Part shown: piece after piece, positions 8,572 through 16,750 of the stretch | How positions within the stretch are numbered: position 1 is the stretch's first letter | How the letters are laid out: every line of letters begins with the position of its first letter | Source of the DNA: Candidatus Saccharimonadales bacterium | GTDB lineage: Bacteria; Patescibacteriota; Saccharimonadia; Saccharimonadales; SZUA-47 | Assembly (NCBI GenBank): GCA_041737385.1 | Contig: JBGSRU010000009.1 | Span: 71,015-135,014 of the forward strand | Reading direction: 5' to 3' | DNA: 64,000 nt | Program-made: the position numbers and the translations under genes | The notes under the pieces: model-generated | Told to the model about the DNA's origin: nothing | The model's input: the letters and a program-made list of their open reading frames with translations, nothing else | The model's database searches: none

Positions 8572-9489
8572 CTAGAAGTAAGGGAAGCCCCACCAGCCTA
8601 TTGGGTTGCAGGTGATCATATTTCTATTTAAATCATTTATCTGAGTCTTTTCTTCATTGGTAAGTGCAAAATCAGAAATATCATAGTTTTCCTGAATCCT
8701 GCTTAAAGTACTTGATTTTGGTATTGCGGTTACGCCTCGCTGCAATGCCCAGCGTAGTGATATCTGTGCAGCCGTTTTGCTATGATTCTCAGCGATTTTT
8801 AGAATGACTTTATCTTTGAGAACTGGATTATCTGACGAGCTAAGCGGAGAGTATGCGGTTATAGCAATGTTCTGACTGGCGCAGAAGTCTATCATGGCCT
8901 TCTGATTGTGGTAAGGATGTACCTCTATCTGGTTCACCACAGGTTTTACTTTCGCATAGCTGAGTAAATCAATAATATGAGAAGCGGTATAGTTGGCTAC
9001 ACCAATCGATTTAACCTTTCCATCATGAACGAGTTCTTCCATTGCACGCCACGTATCCTGGAGTGGTACTGGAGAAAGTATAGCTAAACCATTTTCATCC
9101 AACGGCTCAATGTCATCTCCACTCTTGAAGGCAACAGCCCAGTGTATGAGATAAAGGTCAAGATAGTCTAACTGTAGATCATTAAGGGTTTTTCTACACG
9201 CCCTAGCTACATCTTTTGGTGCATGATCGGTGTTCCATAGCTTTCCTGTAACGAAAAGATCTTTTCTTTTTACCAATCCAGATGAGATTGCTTCTTGTAT
9301 TCCTTCGCCAACCTCTTTCTCATTACCGTAAACTGACGCACAATCGATGTGGCGATAGCCTGTCTTGATTGCATCTAGTACAGATTGCTTTGCTGTGTCT
9401 TTTTCAAGTCTCCATGTGCCGAAGCCTTGCAAAGGTATTTTCTGTTCATTGTTTAGTTTTAGTGTGTTCATATGATCATTATTCCACAA
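8572..9489 (-). CDS. aldo/keto reductase (AKR) family oxidoreductase
   Basis: GFGTW..., GYRHIDCASVYGNEKEVG, LDYLDLYLIHW and IPKSS... motifs are typical of AKRs. A probable true start is the ATG at 9471. Confidence 0.9.
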   Translation of the reverse strand: MWNNDHMNTLKLNNEQKIPLQGFGTWRLEKDTAKQSVLDAIKTGYRHIDCASVYGNEKEVGEGIQEAISSGLVKRKDLFVTGKLWNTDHAPKDVARACRKTLNDLQLDYLDLYLIHWAVAFKSGDDIEPLDENGLAILSPVPLQDTWRAMEELVHDGKVKSIGVANYTASHIIDLLSYAKVKPVVNQIEVHPYHNQKAMIDFCASQNIAITAYSPLSSSDNPVLKDKVILKIAENHSKTAAQISLRWALQRGVTAIPKSSTLSRIQENYDISDFALTNEEKTQINDLNRNMITCNPIGWWGFPYF

Positions 9490-9573
9490 AAAACTGGGTT
9501 ATGCGAATAGCGTGTTAAGTATGCCGGTGATATAGTTTGCTATATAATCTATAGATAAAAGACAGGAGTAGAT

Positions 9574-9918
9574 ATGAAAATCATAAAAAGAGCAGCACGA
9601 GAAATTCCAAAAGAAGAAGCTCACGGTGGATCTGGAGCGAGAAAAGTATACGCATCAGAAGATCACCTTAAAGGACTTAACTTTGAGGCAATGACCCACG
9701 GGTATCTACCAGGAGGAAAGACATTTGATTGGCATGACCATAAAGACACCGAAGAAATCATGGTTGTAATGAGCGGAAGTGGTGAGGTTCACGATGAGGA
9801 CGGAGTCTACGAATACGCTCCAGGCGACGTATTCGTATTCCCGGCAAACACTCAACACAAGATACACAACCCAACTAAAGAAGAACATGAAATGATGTTT
9901 GTCAGGATAAGAGTGTAG
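9574..9918 (+). CDS. cupin domain protein
   Basis: 114 aa with a His-containing cupin-like core ...FDWHDHKDTEEIMVVMSGSGEV...GDVFVFPANTQHKIHN. Confidence 0.7.
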   Translation: MKIIKRAAREIPKEEAHGGSGARKVYASEDHLKGLNFEAMTHGYLPGGKTFDWHDHKDTEEIMVVMSGSGEVHDEDGVYEYAPGDVFVFPANTQHKIHNPTKEEHEMMFVRIRV

Positions 9919-9919
9919 G

Positions 9920-10267
9920 ATGTCCACTGCTCTAGAAATAGCACAGCTGTATTTTCATTTATCAAACAACAGTGATTTTAATGAGATAAAGAACCTTTTC
10001 ACAGATAGTACGACCTACAGTTCCCAGAACACAGGCTTATTCCTAGGGGTAGAGAGTATTCAAGCTATGCAAAAAGATTTTCACAATAAGTTCTCATCGC
10101 TTCATTGGACAATTAATTCAATTGAAAAAGTTAAAACAGGAATCATTTTAGTTGATTATAATTTTGTTGCTCAAAGTAAGTCGGGTGATGAAGTTAAGTC
10201 ATCGGGGTTTGAGTATATAGTCGTCCACAACGATAAAATTCTGCACATAGAGATCAGGAATAAATAG
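9920..10267 (+). CDS. NTF2/SnoaL-like fold protein
   Basis: 115 aa with an N-terminal helix (IAQLYFHLSNNSDFNEIKNLF) then beta-rich ...DYNFVAQSKSGDEVKSSGFEYIVVHNDKILHIEI. The family call is from the pattern only. Confidence 0.5.
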   Translation: MSTALEIAQLYFHLSNNSDFNEIKNLFTDSTTYSSQNTGLFLGVESIQAMQKDFHNKFSSLHWTINSIEKVKTGIILVDYNFVAQSKSGDEVKSSGFEYIVVHNDKILHIEIRNK

Positions 10268-10330
10268 ATTCTGCATTAGTCGTTGTGGCTATGCCGGAGT
10301 CGGATAAGTAACCATTTTTAGCTGCATTGC

Positions 10331-10357
10331 GCTGTTTTTTCTCCGAGAAAAAACAGC
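10331..10357. terminator. bidirectional hairpin between convergent genes
   Basis: Perfect 11-bp stem GCTGTTTTTTC / GAAAAAACAGC with loop TCCGA. The T/A runs are built into the stem. Confidence 0.6.
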
Positions 10358-10374
10358 CCCCAAATAAGAACAGG

Positions 10375-11124
10375 TCAGCTTGAAGCTTCTTCGGCATTTT
10401 GAGCAGCCAATAGCTTAAAATCACTCTGATCCAAATACATCTCCTCCATCTTTTCTTCAATGTATTTGTTTAGGTTCTTCACGTGCGCTTTGGATCGTCT
10501 AACTATCAAGATGTCTGGATATTCATGCCATTGCCATTCACGGTCTTCATAGTGCTGGATATACTGTCTGATGCGCTTCTTGGCTATGAATAGGTGTTGA
10601 TCATCCGGGAAGATATCTATGAGGGTGCGGTTATATATATCGTCATCGTCAGTCTCGTACAGTACCTCTAGGTTCGGTAATGGCCTTGGGTAGGATTCTC
10701 TATCGTCTTTGGGGATATCGCTGGCTGTGTTGATTGTATAGACTTTATACTGCGAGTTTAGTTTGATGTCTATATATGCAGCTAGAATAGCTACTTGATG
10801 ATCAACAAAGCTGGTGCCTTTTTTATCCTCATGTCGCCGAGTAGCTAGAATTTCTTTCTCTAGGTTGAATGTAGGATCTTGTAAATATATAACGGCTTTT
10901 GGTGTGAGATGATAACGAGCAGACTTGTTCTGTAGTCTATAGGACTTATTATGTTTTCTGCCTAGATAGCCACGATCAGTTAATTTTTTAAGTGCACTGT
11001 AGCTAGAGTTATGACTGATGCTTTTTAGTTTGGTTAGGTTGTCTGTAGTAAGGTATCTGAATTTGAATGTAAGCAGTAGTATATGTATTTGTTTATCGTT
11101 TAGTTTTCTTTCTTTAGTATTCAT
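10375..11124 (-). CDS. replication-relaxation family protein (plasmid/ICE-associated wHTH)
   Basis: The N-terminus ...QIHILLLTFKFRYLTTDNLTKL...ALKKLTDRGYLGR...YHLTPKA... and the later FVDHQVAILAAYIDI fit the Replic_Relax pattern. The ATG at 11124 is preferred over the track start at 11217. Confidence 0.55.
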   Translation of the reverse strand: MNTKERKLNDKQIHILLLTFKFRYLTTDNLTKLKSISHNSSYSALKKLTDRGYLGRKHNKSYRLQNKSARYHLTPKAVIYLQDPTFNLEKEILATRRHEDKKGTSFVDHQVAILAAYIDIKLNSQYKVYTINTASDIPKDDRESYPRPLPNLEVLYETDDDDIYNRTLIDIFPDDQHLFIAKKRIRQYIQHYEDREWQWHEYPDILIVRRSKAHVKNLNKYIEEKMEEMYLDQSDFKLLAAQNAEEASS

Positions 11125-11358
11125 TGTTGCAAGTGTTCTTATTGTAGGTTCGTTGTTATAGTTGCTTTTTTGTTCCGCTCTACACATAGTGTAAGGGGAG
11201 GAAACAGTAAAAAGCAACCATAACAGATACAGAAAGCTATAAAACTTATTATTTCGGAATTAGAAGTACTTGTGGATAAACTGTTGAATAATTTACCTTG
11301 AACTATACTTATTTAGGTAGTAAACTATATCTATATAGGTAGGTCATAGGAGGGTGAA

Positions 11359-11502
11359 ATGGGTAGAAATAAAGGGTCTCGTAACAAACCAGAACTTATA
11401 CTTGAGCTGTCTGTAGAAGAACGCATGGAGCTATTAGCCAAGCTACTGCTAGATACTGTCGAACACGAAATGTTGGAGCGAGATAATGCTACAACAAGCT
11501 AG
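11359..11502 (+). CDS. 47-aa ORF overlapping the recombinase start (possible accessory/directionality factor)
   Basis: ATG at 11359 is preceded by AGGAGGGTGAA. Sequence: MGRNKGSRNKPELILELSVEERMELLAKLLLDTVEHEMLERDNATTS. Its stop lies 17 nt inside the recombinase ORF. Confidence 0.3.
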   Translation: MGRNKGSRNKPELILELSVEERMELLAKLLLDTVEHEMLERDNATTS

Positions 11503-13198
11503 GGTTAACGCGGTTGCCGCGATACGAGTATCGACGACCAAGCAAGGTACTGACGGCGATTCGCCTGAAGCTCAGCGCGAGCAAATAGAGCGCTTTGCAG
11601 AGGCTCGGGGCGTACACATAAAGCAGTACTTTGTATTCCTAGAATCTGCTAGTAAAGAGCAACAACCTATCCAGCAAGCCATAGACTATTGTAAAGATGC
11701 CAGTAACGGCATTAACCTATTTATCATCAAATCGATTGACCGTTTTACCCGCGGTGGATCGGACGTCTATAATCCACTCAAGCAACAACTAGATACTGCC
11801 GGTGTATCGCTCGTAGATATATACGGCGTTATTAGTAGCCAGAAAGTAAATACGCTTGATCACCTAGGATTTGAATACAGCTGGAGTAGCTACTCACCTA
11901 GTAAGAAGTCAGAAATACTTGAGGCTGAGCGTGGCAAAGACGAACTACGGGATATACTGAGCCGCGTTATAGGTGCAGAGATACGCTATACGCAATTAGG
12001 CTACTGGATGCGTAAAGCACCTTACGGATTCACCAGCGAAAAAGTAGATACTAAGCATGGTAAGCGCACAATACTAAAGCCTCACCCAGTAGAAGCTAAG
12101 TTCGTGAAACAAATGTATAAACTGCGCGCAGAAAACTACCTGACTGATCATCAGATAGTAGACAAGCTAAACGACCAAGGGTTCAGGACGCGTAAACAAA
12201 ATAGACGCAGCAAACACGACAAGACAAAGATAGTCGCCCAAGCTGGTGGACAAGAGTTAACGGTCAAAGCTATGCAGAAATTGATGCTTAAACCTATCAA
12301 CGCAGGAATCAATGTAGAAAAGTGGACGGAGAATAAGCCTGTTAAAAGTGTGTTTGACGGCCTAGTTAGCATTGCACTGTTCAATAAGGCTAATCGGGGT
12401 AAAAAGATTATAGAAGTTGATGATCAGGGTGAGTACACTGTAGCGAAGGCTGAAGCACCGCAGAACATACTGAACCGCGGTACAAAGACCAAGGAGTTCG
12501 CCTACCGAAGATTTGTCCTGTGCCCTGAATGTGAGCGGCCACTGCTTGGCAGTGCAACTAAGGGGCGTAACGGTAAATACTATCCAGCCTATCACTGTAG
12601 CAACCACGGTCACTACTTCCGCGTTAATAAAGACGAGCTAGAAGAAGGTATAAATGAGTTTGTGAAGCAGTTCATCGTGCCGCAAGAGCGAATTGATGAT
12701 CTAATGACACTTGTACGCACAGAATACGAAAAGCGCCGTGACAGCCAGCAGACAGAAGTAGAGAGCATCGATGAGAAGATTGCTACTCTGCGTACAGAGG
12801 CTGAGATGACTGTCAATAAACTGAAGGTTTTAACTAACGACACAGCACTTAAATATATGGAGGAGGACTTAGACCGCATAGAGAAACAAATAACGGCCTT
12901 GCAAGCCAGAAAGGATACTTCAGATAATGAAGATATACCAAAAATAGAACAATCCATGGCACGAGTAAAATATTTCCTGGAAAACCTGGGTGAGCTACTC
13001 ATTAAACAGAGGTCAGCAGAGAAAAAAGCACTGTTCTTCCGAGCGCTATTTGATAAATTGCCAACCTACGAAAATATAAAACCTGGAAACACAAAAACAT
13101 CCCTTTTTACAGTGGTGAATTCACTAATTGCGCTGTTGCCAGCCGAAAAATCTCTTATGGTGATCCCAAGGAGAATCGAACTCCTATTGCCGGGATGA
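11486..13198 (+). CDS. large serine recombinase (integrase)
   Basis: Resolvase-type catalytic N-terminus (AAIRVSTTKQ...DRFTRG), recombinase domain, zinc ribbon (CPECERPL...YHCSNHGH) and a C-terminal coiled coil. The last 41 nt are antisense to tRNA-Glu. Confidence 0.9.
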   Translation: MLQQARVNAVAAIRVSTTKQGTDGDSPEAQREQIERFAEARGVHIKQYFVFLESASKEQQPIQQAIDYCKDASNGINLFIIKSIDRFTRGGSDVYNPLKQQLDTAGVSLVDIYGVISSQKVNTLDHLGFEYSWSSYSPSKKSEILEAERGKDELRDILSRVIGAEIRYTQLGYWMRKAPYGFTSEKVDTKHGKRTILKPHPVEAKFVKQMYKLRAENYLTDHQIVDKLNDQGFRTRKQNRRSKHDKTKIVAQAGGQELTVKAMQKLMLKPINAGINVEKWTENKPVKSVFDGLVSIALFNKANRGKKIIEVDDQGEYTVAKAEAPQNILNRGTKTKEFAYRRFVLCPECERPLLGSATKGRNGKYYPAYHCSNHGHYFRVNKDELEEGINEFVKQFIVPQERIDDLMTLVRTEYEKRRDSQQTEVESIDEKIATLRTEAEMTVNKLKVLTNDTALKYMEEDLDRIEKQITALQARKDTSDNEDIPKIEQSMARVKYFLENLGELLIKQRSAEKKALFFRALFDKLPTYENIKPGNTKTSLFTVVNSLIALLPAEKSLMVIPRRIELLLPG

Positions 13199-13232
13199 AA
13201 ACCCGATTTCCTAACCGTTAGAAGATGGGACC
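13158..13232 (-). tRNA. tRNA-Glu (anticodon UUC), CCA encoded
   Basis: The reverse complement folds as a cloverleaf: acceptor GGTCCCA/TGGGATC, anticodon arm TCGGG-TTTTCAT-CCCGG, T arm AGGAG-TTCGATT-CTCCT, then ACCA. Confidence 0.9.
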
Positions 13233-13319
13233 TTAAACTATGGTTATTAGTACTACAGTGCCATATTTTAACAGAGGTAGAGTTTTTTAGCAATATCTAC
13301 TATACTGCATACAATTTAA

Positions 13320-14495
13320 ATGCTTAAAAACAGAATAAAAACTAGGTTCAAAAATGCCTACCATACACTAATTGCTATTGAGTTTATTGGCGAATTTGTA
13401 CTTGTTTATCCACTTTATAGCATCATGTTTAGTGATAGATCGGGAATCTCGGCTGCAGGGGTTGGTTTTTTGCTTGCAGCCACGCAGATAGCGCAAATAG
13501 TGAGCGAGATTCCAACTGGTGTGTTGGCGGACAAGTTCAGCAAGAAGTATTCAATCATTGCCGGTAAGGGGCTAAAGGCTGCTTGTTTTGCAATATGGCT
13601 AGTGAGCCCAAGTTTTACAGGATATTTAATAGGATTTTTGGTGTGGGGAGTTGGAGAAGCGTTTACGTCGGGAGCAACACAGGCGTATCTATATGAGCTA
13701 AGCGAAGGCGACAAATCAACAAAGCGATACTTGAAATCATTCTCAAGACTTAAAGCGCTGACTATGGTGAGTTATGTGTTTGCTTATCTTACAACTTTTT
13801 TAATAGGCCCAAACTATCCAGTACTTTTGTTCTTCTCATCAGCTGCTGTTTTTGTTGCTTTTGCTCTTGGCTTCACATTACCGGATTCAAAACCGCTACA
13901 TAATTCGAACTCTACATTAATAATTACAGACGCTGTCACTAGACTCAAGAGCTCAGATATTTTGAGACGAAGATTTATAGAAGGCTTGGTGATTTTAGTG
14001 ACATTAACAACTCTCATTGAGGTTATAGTGATAAATTATCGAGATTTTGGTGTTTCGTTGAAACTAATGCCTCTTATTATTTCGGTAGTTGCTTTATTGA
14101 ACGCTGTTTTATTCTGGTTGCTACATTACTATGAGAAACTTTTTAGTAGATTTATTGTCACGTTATCAGTGCTGACAACTGCAACTTATCTGTTGTTATT
14201 TAATCAGTCACTATGGTTCCAAGTACTCGGACTTTTCATCGTTTCTAGGTTTTTTAGAGTTGCTGCAGTTATACAAGAATCTGACCTACAGGATGAGCTT
14301 CATGATAATTCACGAGCAACAGTATTGTCTTTCTACTCACTTGTTGCAAAGTTGTTTAGCGCCCTACAGTTACTACTGTTAGGTATTTTCGCTATCAATA
14401 ACAATATTACCATTCCAACAGTTTGGATGGTCGTGAGTACCATTATTGTTTTTATGTGCATACATACAATATACAAACGTCAGTCTAAAACGTAG
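13320..14495 (+). CDS. MFS transporter
   Basis: About 12 hydrophobic helices. The loop motif ...GVLADKFSKKYS... resembles the MFS signature between TM2 and TM3. Confidence 0.8.
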   Translation: MLKNRIKTRFKNAYHTLIAIEFIGEFVLVYPLYSIMFSDRSGISAAGVGFLLAATQIAQIVSEIPTGVLADKFSKKYSIIAGKGLKAACFAIWLVSPSFTGYLIGFLVWGVGEAFTSGATQAYLYELSEGDKSTKRYLKSFSRLKALTMVSYVFAYLTTFLIGPNYPVLLFFSSAAVFVAFALGFTLPDSKPLHNSNSTLIITDAVTRLKSSDILRRRFIEGLVILVTLTTLIEVIVINYRDFGVSLKLMPLIISVVALLNAVLFWLLHYYEKLFSRFIVTLSVLTTATYLLLFNQSLWFQVLGLFIVSRFFRVAAVIQESDLQDELHDNSRATVLSFYSLVAKLFSALQLLLLGIFAINNNITIPTVWMVVSTIIVFMCIHTIYKRQSKT

Positions 14496-15001
14496 TGTCT
14501 TAGTTCAGTACCATTATCGTTTAGTATAGTTGTTTTTGGCTCTGGGAGAGAAAAGTCTGATATTTTTTTATTGCTAAACAGAGATACACCCCTTTTATTT
14601 ATAACTGGTTCAACAGTGAGATATATTTCACTAAGCAACCCAGCTTCCAGAAAATCCGTATAGACACGTGAACCACCCAGCACTAAGCATCTGTCATATT
14701 CATTTTTATATGCGTCAATGAATTGTTGGGGCGAAAGATTTTTAAATTCTAGCTGCTCTTCTACTGTCTCCATAGCGTACTTTTCGGGACTATGAGTCAA
14801 TATGATTTGTCGTTTTATTTTAGAGGGCTTAACGTATCCGCTCTCGTAAGTTGTACTACCCATTACAAACAGTCCATACTTTGATTTCATATTTGCAAAA
14901 AATACGTGGTCTTCTTTAGACGTCCAATTTTTTGGGTTCGGATCGTTGCCTTTAGTTAAAAACTCATCCTTGCTTACTACAGCGACCATAATACATTTCA
15001 T
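14480..15001 (-). CDS. dihydrofolate reductase-like / RibD C-terminal domain protein
   Basis: ...FVMGSTTYES...LVLGGSRVYTDFLEAGLLSEIYLTVEPV... is typical of the RibD_C/DHFR-like reductase fold. Confidence 0.65.
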   Translation of the reverse strand: MKCIMVAVVSKDEFLTKGNDPNPKNWTSKEDHVFFANMKSKYGLFVMGSTTYESGYVKPSKIKRQIILTHSPEKYAMETVEEQLEFKNLSPQQFIDAYKNEYDRCLVLGGSRVYTDFLEAGLLSEIYLTVEPVINKRGVSLFSNKKISDFSLPEPKTTILNDNGTELRHYVLD

Positions 15002-15057
15002 TTGTATAGTCTACCAAACGGATCAAGACAGACACGCTAATTAAGGGGTATGAATTT

Positions 15058-16710
15058 TTATGCGTTTGGAGGAGGTGAATCGATTTTCGCACTTGATTTG
15101 TTTTTCATCAAACCAGCTTCATCTATGTCGTAAACAAGTATTTCGCCAAAAAGCATTTCAAGGTTACTTATCTCTTCATTAGAGATTGACTCAAGATATT
15201 TTATAAGTGTCCGTATGCTATTGCCGTGAGCAACAAGTAGTACGTTTTTTGCTTGTTGAAGCTGAGGCAGAACCGTACTTAGGTAAAAGGGGATAACTCT
15301 CTCGTAAACCATTTTAAGTGACTCGCCGTTTGGTATTTTGATGTCCCAACCTCGTCGAATAGCATTGAATTGTTCTTCTCCGAGAAGCTCTTTCATTTCC
15401 CATTTATTCTTTCCCGTATAGTCGCCGTAGTCACGCTCGTTAATCGCCTCTTCTCGTAAGATCTCTACATCAAATTGCTGAGAAGCATTTAACATGCCTT
15501 CAAGAGTTTCTCGAGATCGTATTTGTTGTGAGCAGTATGCAATATCTACCGGAACGCTAAATGACTGTAAAGCGCGAGCCAGAAGTATCGACTCATGAAA
15601 CCCTTTGTCCGTAAGATGAACATCTGTTATCCCGCTCCACTGGCCGGTTGCGTTCCACTCAGACTCAGCGTGTCTTGCTAGAATAAGCTTTCCGTATTTC
15701 TGGCTAATTTTAATTTTGTTTGGGGCGCTTCCATACCAAAAATCGATTATGTTTTGAGTCGTCGTTTTATTGATGCGCTGAATTGCTTCAACGGTGTTGA
15801 AGGCATTGTGAGGGCTAATGATAACGTTCGGCATTTTTTTGAGCACTGATAATTCTAGGCTGTGACGTAAGAAATCAGTCGGGACTTGTTTTCGTAGTAG
15901 TGCTTCTTCTTCGTTGTGACTCAGCATGCTTTCGCCTTCAACAACATCGATCGCCGCACCGCCCAAATATCCCATTGTTAGCGCATCGGTTAATGCAGCG
16001 GTATCAATAAGCTCCCCGCGAGCAGTATTGACTAGTAGGGCGCCTTTTTTCATTCTTGCTAGGCGTTCTTTATTGAGCATGTGGTGAGTGGTTGGTAGGT
16101 AAGGAGCATGCAATGTGACTACATCAGATGCACTAAGCAGTTCATCAAGCTCAACATATGAAAAGCCAAGTTTGCTTTCGAGCTCTTTGTGAGGCATCGC
16201 GTCGTATACTATCACCTTCATGGAGAATCCATTCGCAATTTTGATGGCGTGTTGGCCTATATGGCCTCCACCAATAATCCCAATAGTTTTGTCACTTAAA
16301 TCATGGCCTCTTAAGTTTGACTGGTCTATTTGTTCGTTTTTTGCATCAAAAACTGTTTCTAGTTTTCTCGTTAGGGCGAGCAAAAGTGTGAATGCATATT
16401 CTGCTACAGTTGATTCGCCATATGTCGGTACATTGACAACAGTGATACCTCTATCTGAAGCTGCATGAAAATCTATATTGTTAAATCCAGTCGATCTACA
16501 CGCTATGAGTCGTAATTTTGGCAAAGCGTCAATCATCTCTCGAGTTACTTGGCTGCTCACAAACACAGAAATAACCTCTGTATCGGGATTAATGTTATTA
16601 GTACTTATTTTTTCATCGACAAATTCCCAATGATGATCTGTATGTTTCAGTCCCTCACTAAGTTGTTCTTTGTCAAGGTCAGTAGAATCGTAAAAATATA
16701 TAAGTGCCAT
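15058..16710 (-). CDS. fusion protein: D-isomer-specific 2-hydroxyacid dehydrogenase (N) + 2,3-bisphosphoglycerate-dependent phosphoglycerate mutase (C)
   Basis: The N-terminal ~330 aa carry the NAD-binding GIIGGGHIGQ and catalytic-type R (NTARGELID), E (DVVEGE) and H (SPHNAF). The C-terminal ~215 aa start LILARHAESEWN (the RHGxxxWN motif of the histidine phosphatase/dPGM family), followed by ...LLVAHGNSIR.... Confidence 0.85.
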   Translation of the reverse strand: MALIYFYDSTDLDKEQLSEGLKHTDHHWEFVDEKISTNNINPDTEVISVFVSSQVTREMIDALPKLRLIACRSTGFNNIDFHAASDRGITVVNVPTYGESTVAEYAFTLLLALTRKLETVFDAKNEQIDQSNLRGHDLSDKTIGIIGGGHIGQHAIKIANGFSMKVIVYDAMPHKELESKLGFSYVELDELLSASDVVTLHAPYLPTTHHMLNKERLARMKKGALLVNTARGELIDTAALTDALTMGYLGGAAIDVVEGESMLSHNEEEALLRKQVPTDFLRHSLELSVLKKMPNVIISPHNAFNTVEAIQRINKTTTQNIIDFWYGSAPNKIKISQKYGKLILARHAESEWNATGQWSGITDVHLTDKGFHESILLARALQSFSVPVDIAYCSQQIRSRETLEGMLNASQQFDVEILREEAINERDYGDYTGKNKWEMKELLGEEQFNAIRRGWDIKIPNGESLKMVYERVIPFYLSTVLPQLQQAKNVLLVAHGNSIRTLIKYLESISNEEISNLEMLFGEILVYDIDEAGLMKNKSSAKIDSPPPNA

Positions 16711-16750
16711 AAGCCTTTATTATACATAAGCACTATGAGAAGATATAGAC

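Larger units (their letters stand above)
1..13157. mobile_element. putative integrated element abutting the 3' end of tRNA-Glu (left boundary not identified, may lie outside the window)
   Basis: A serine integrase reads into the tRNA 3' end. Other mobile-element genes are present: replication-relaxation protein, VirD4-like ATPase, PLD nuclease, small regulators and a conflict-system-like cassette. No second copy of the tRNA end was found in 1-13157. Confidence 0.4.
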
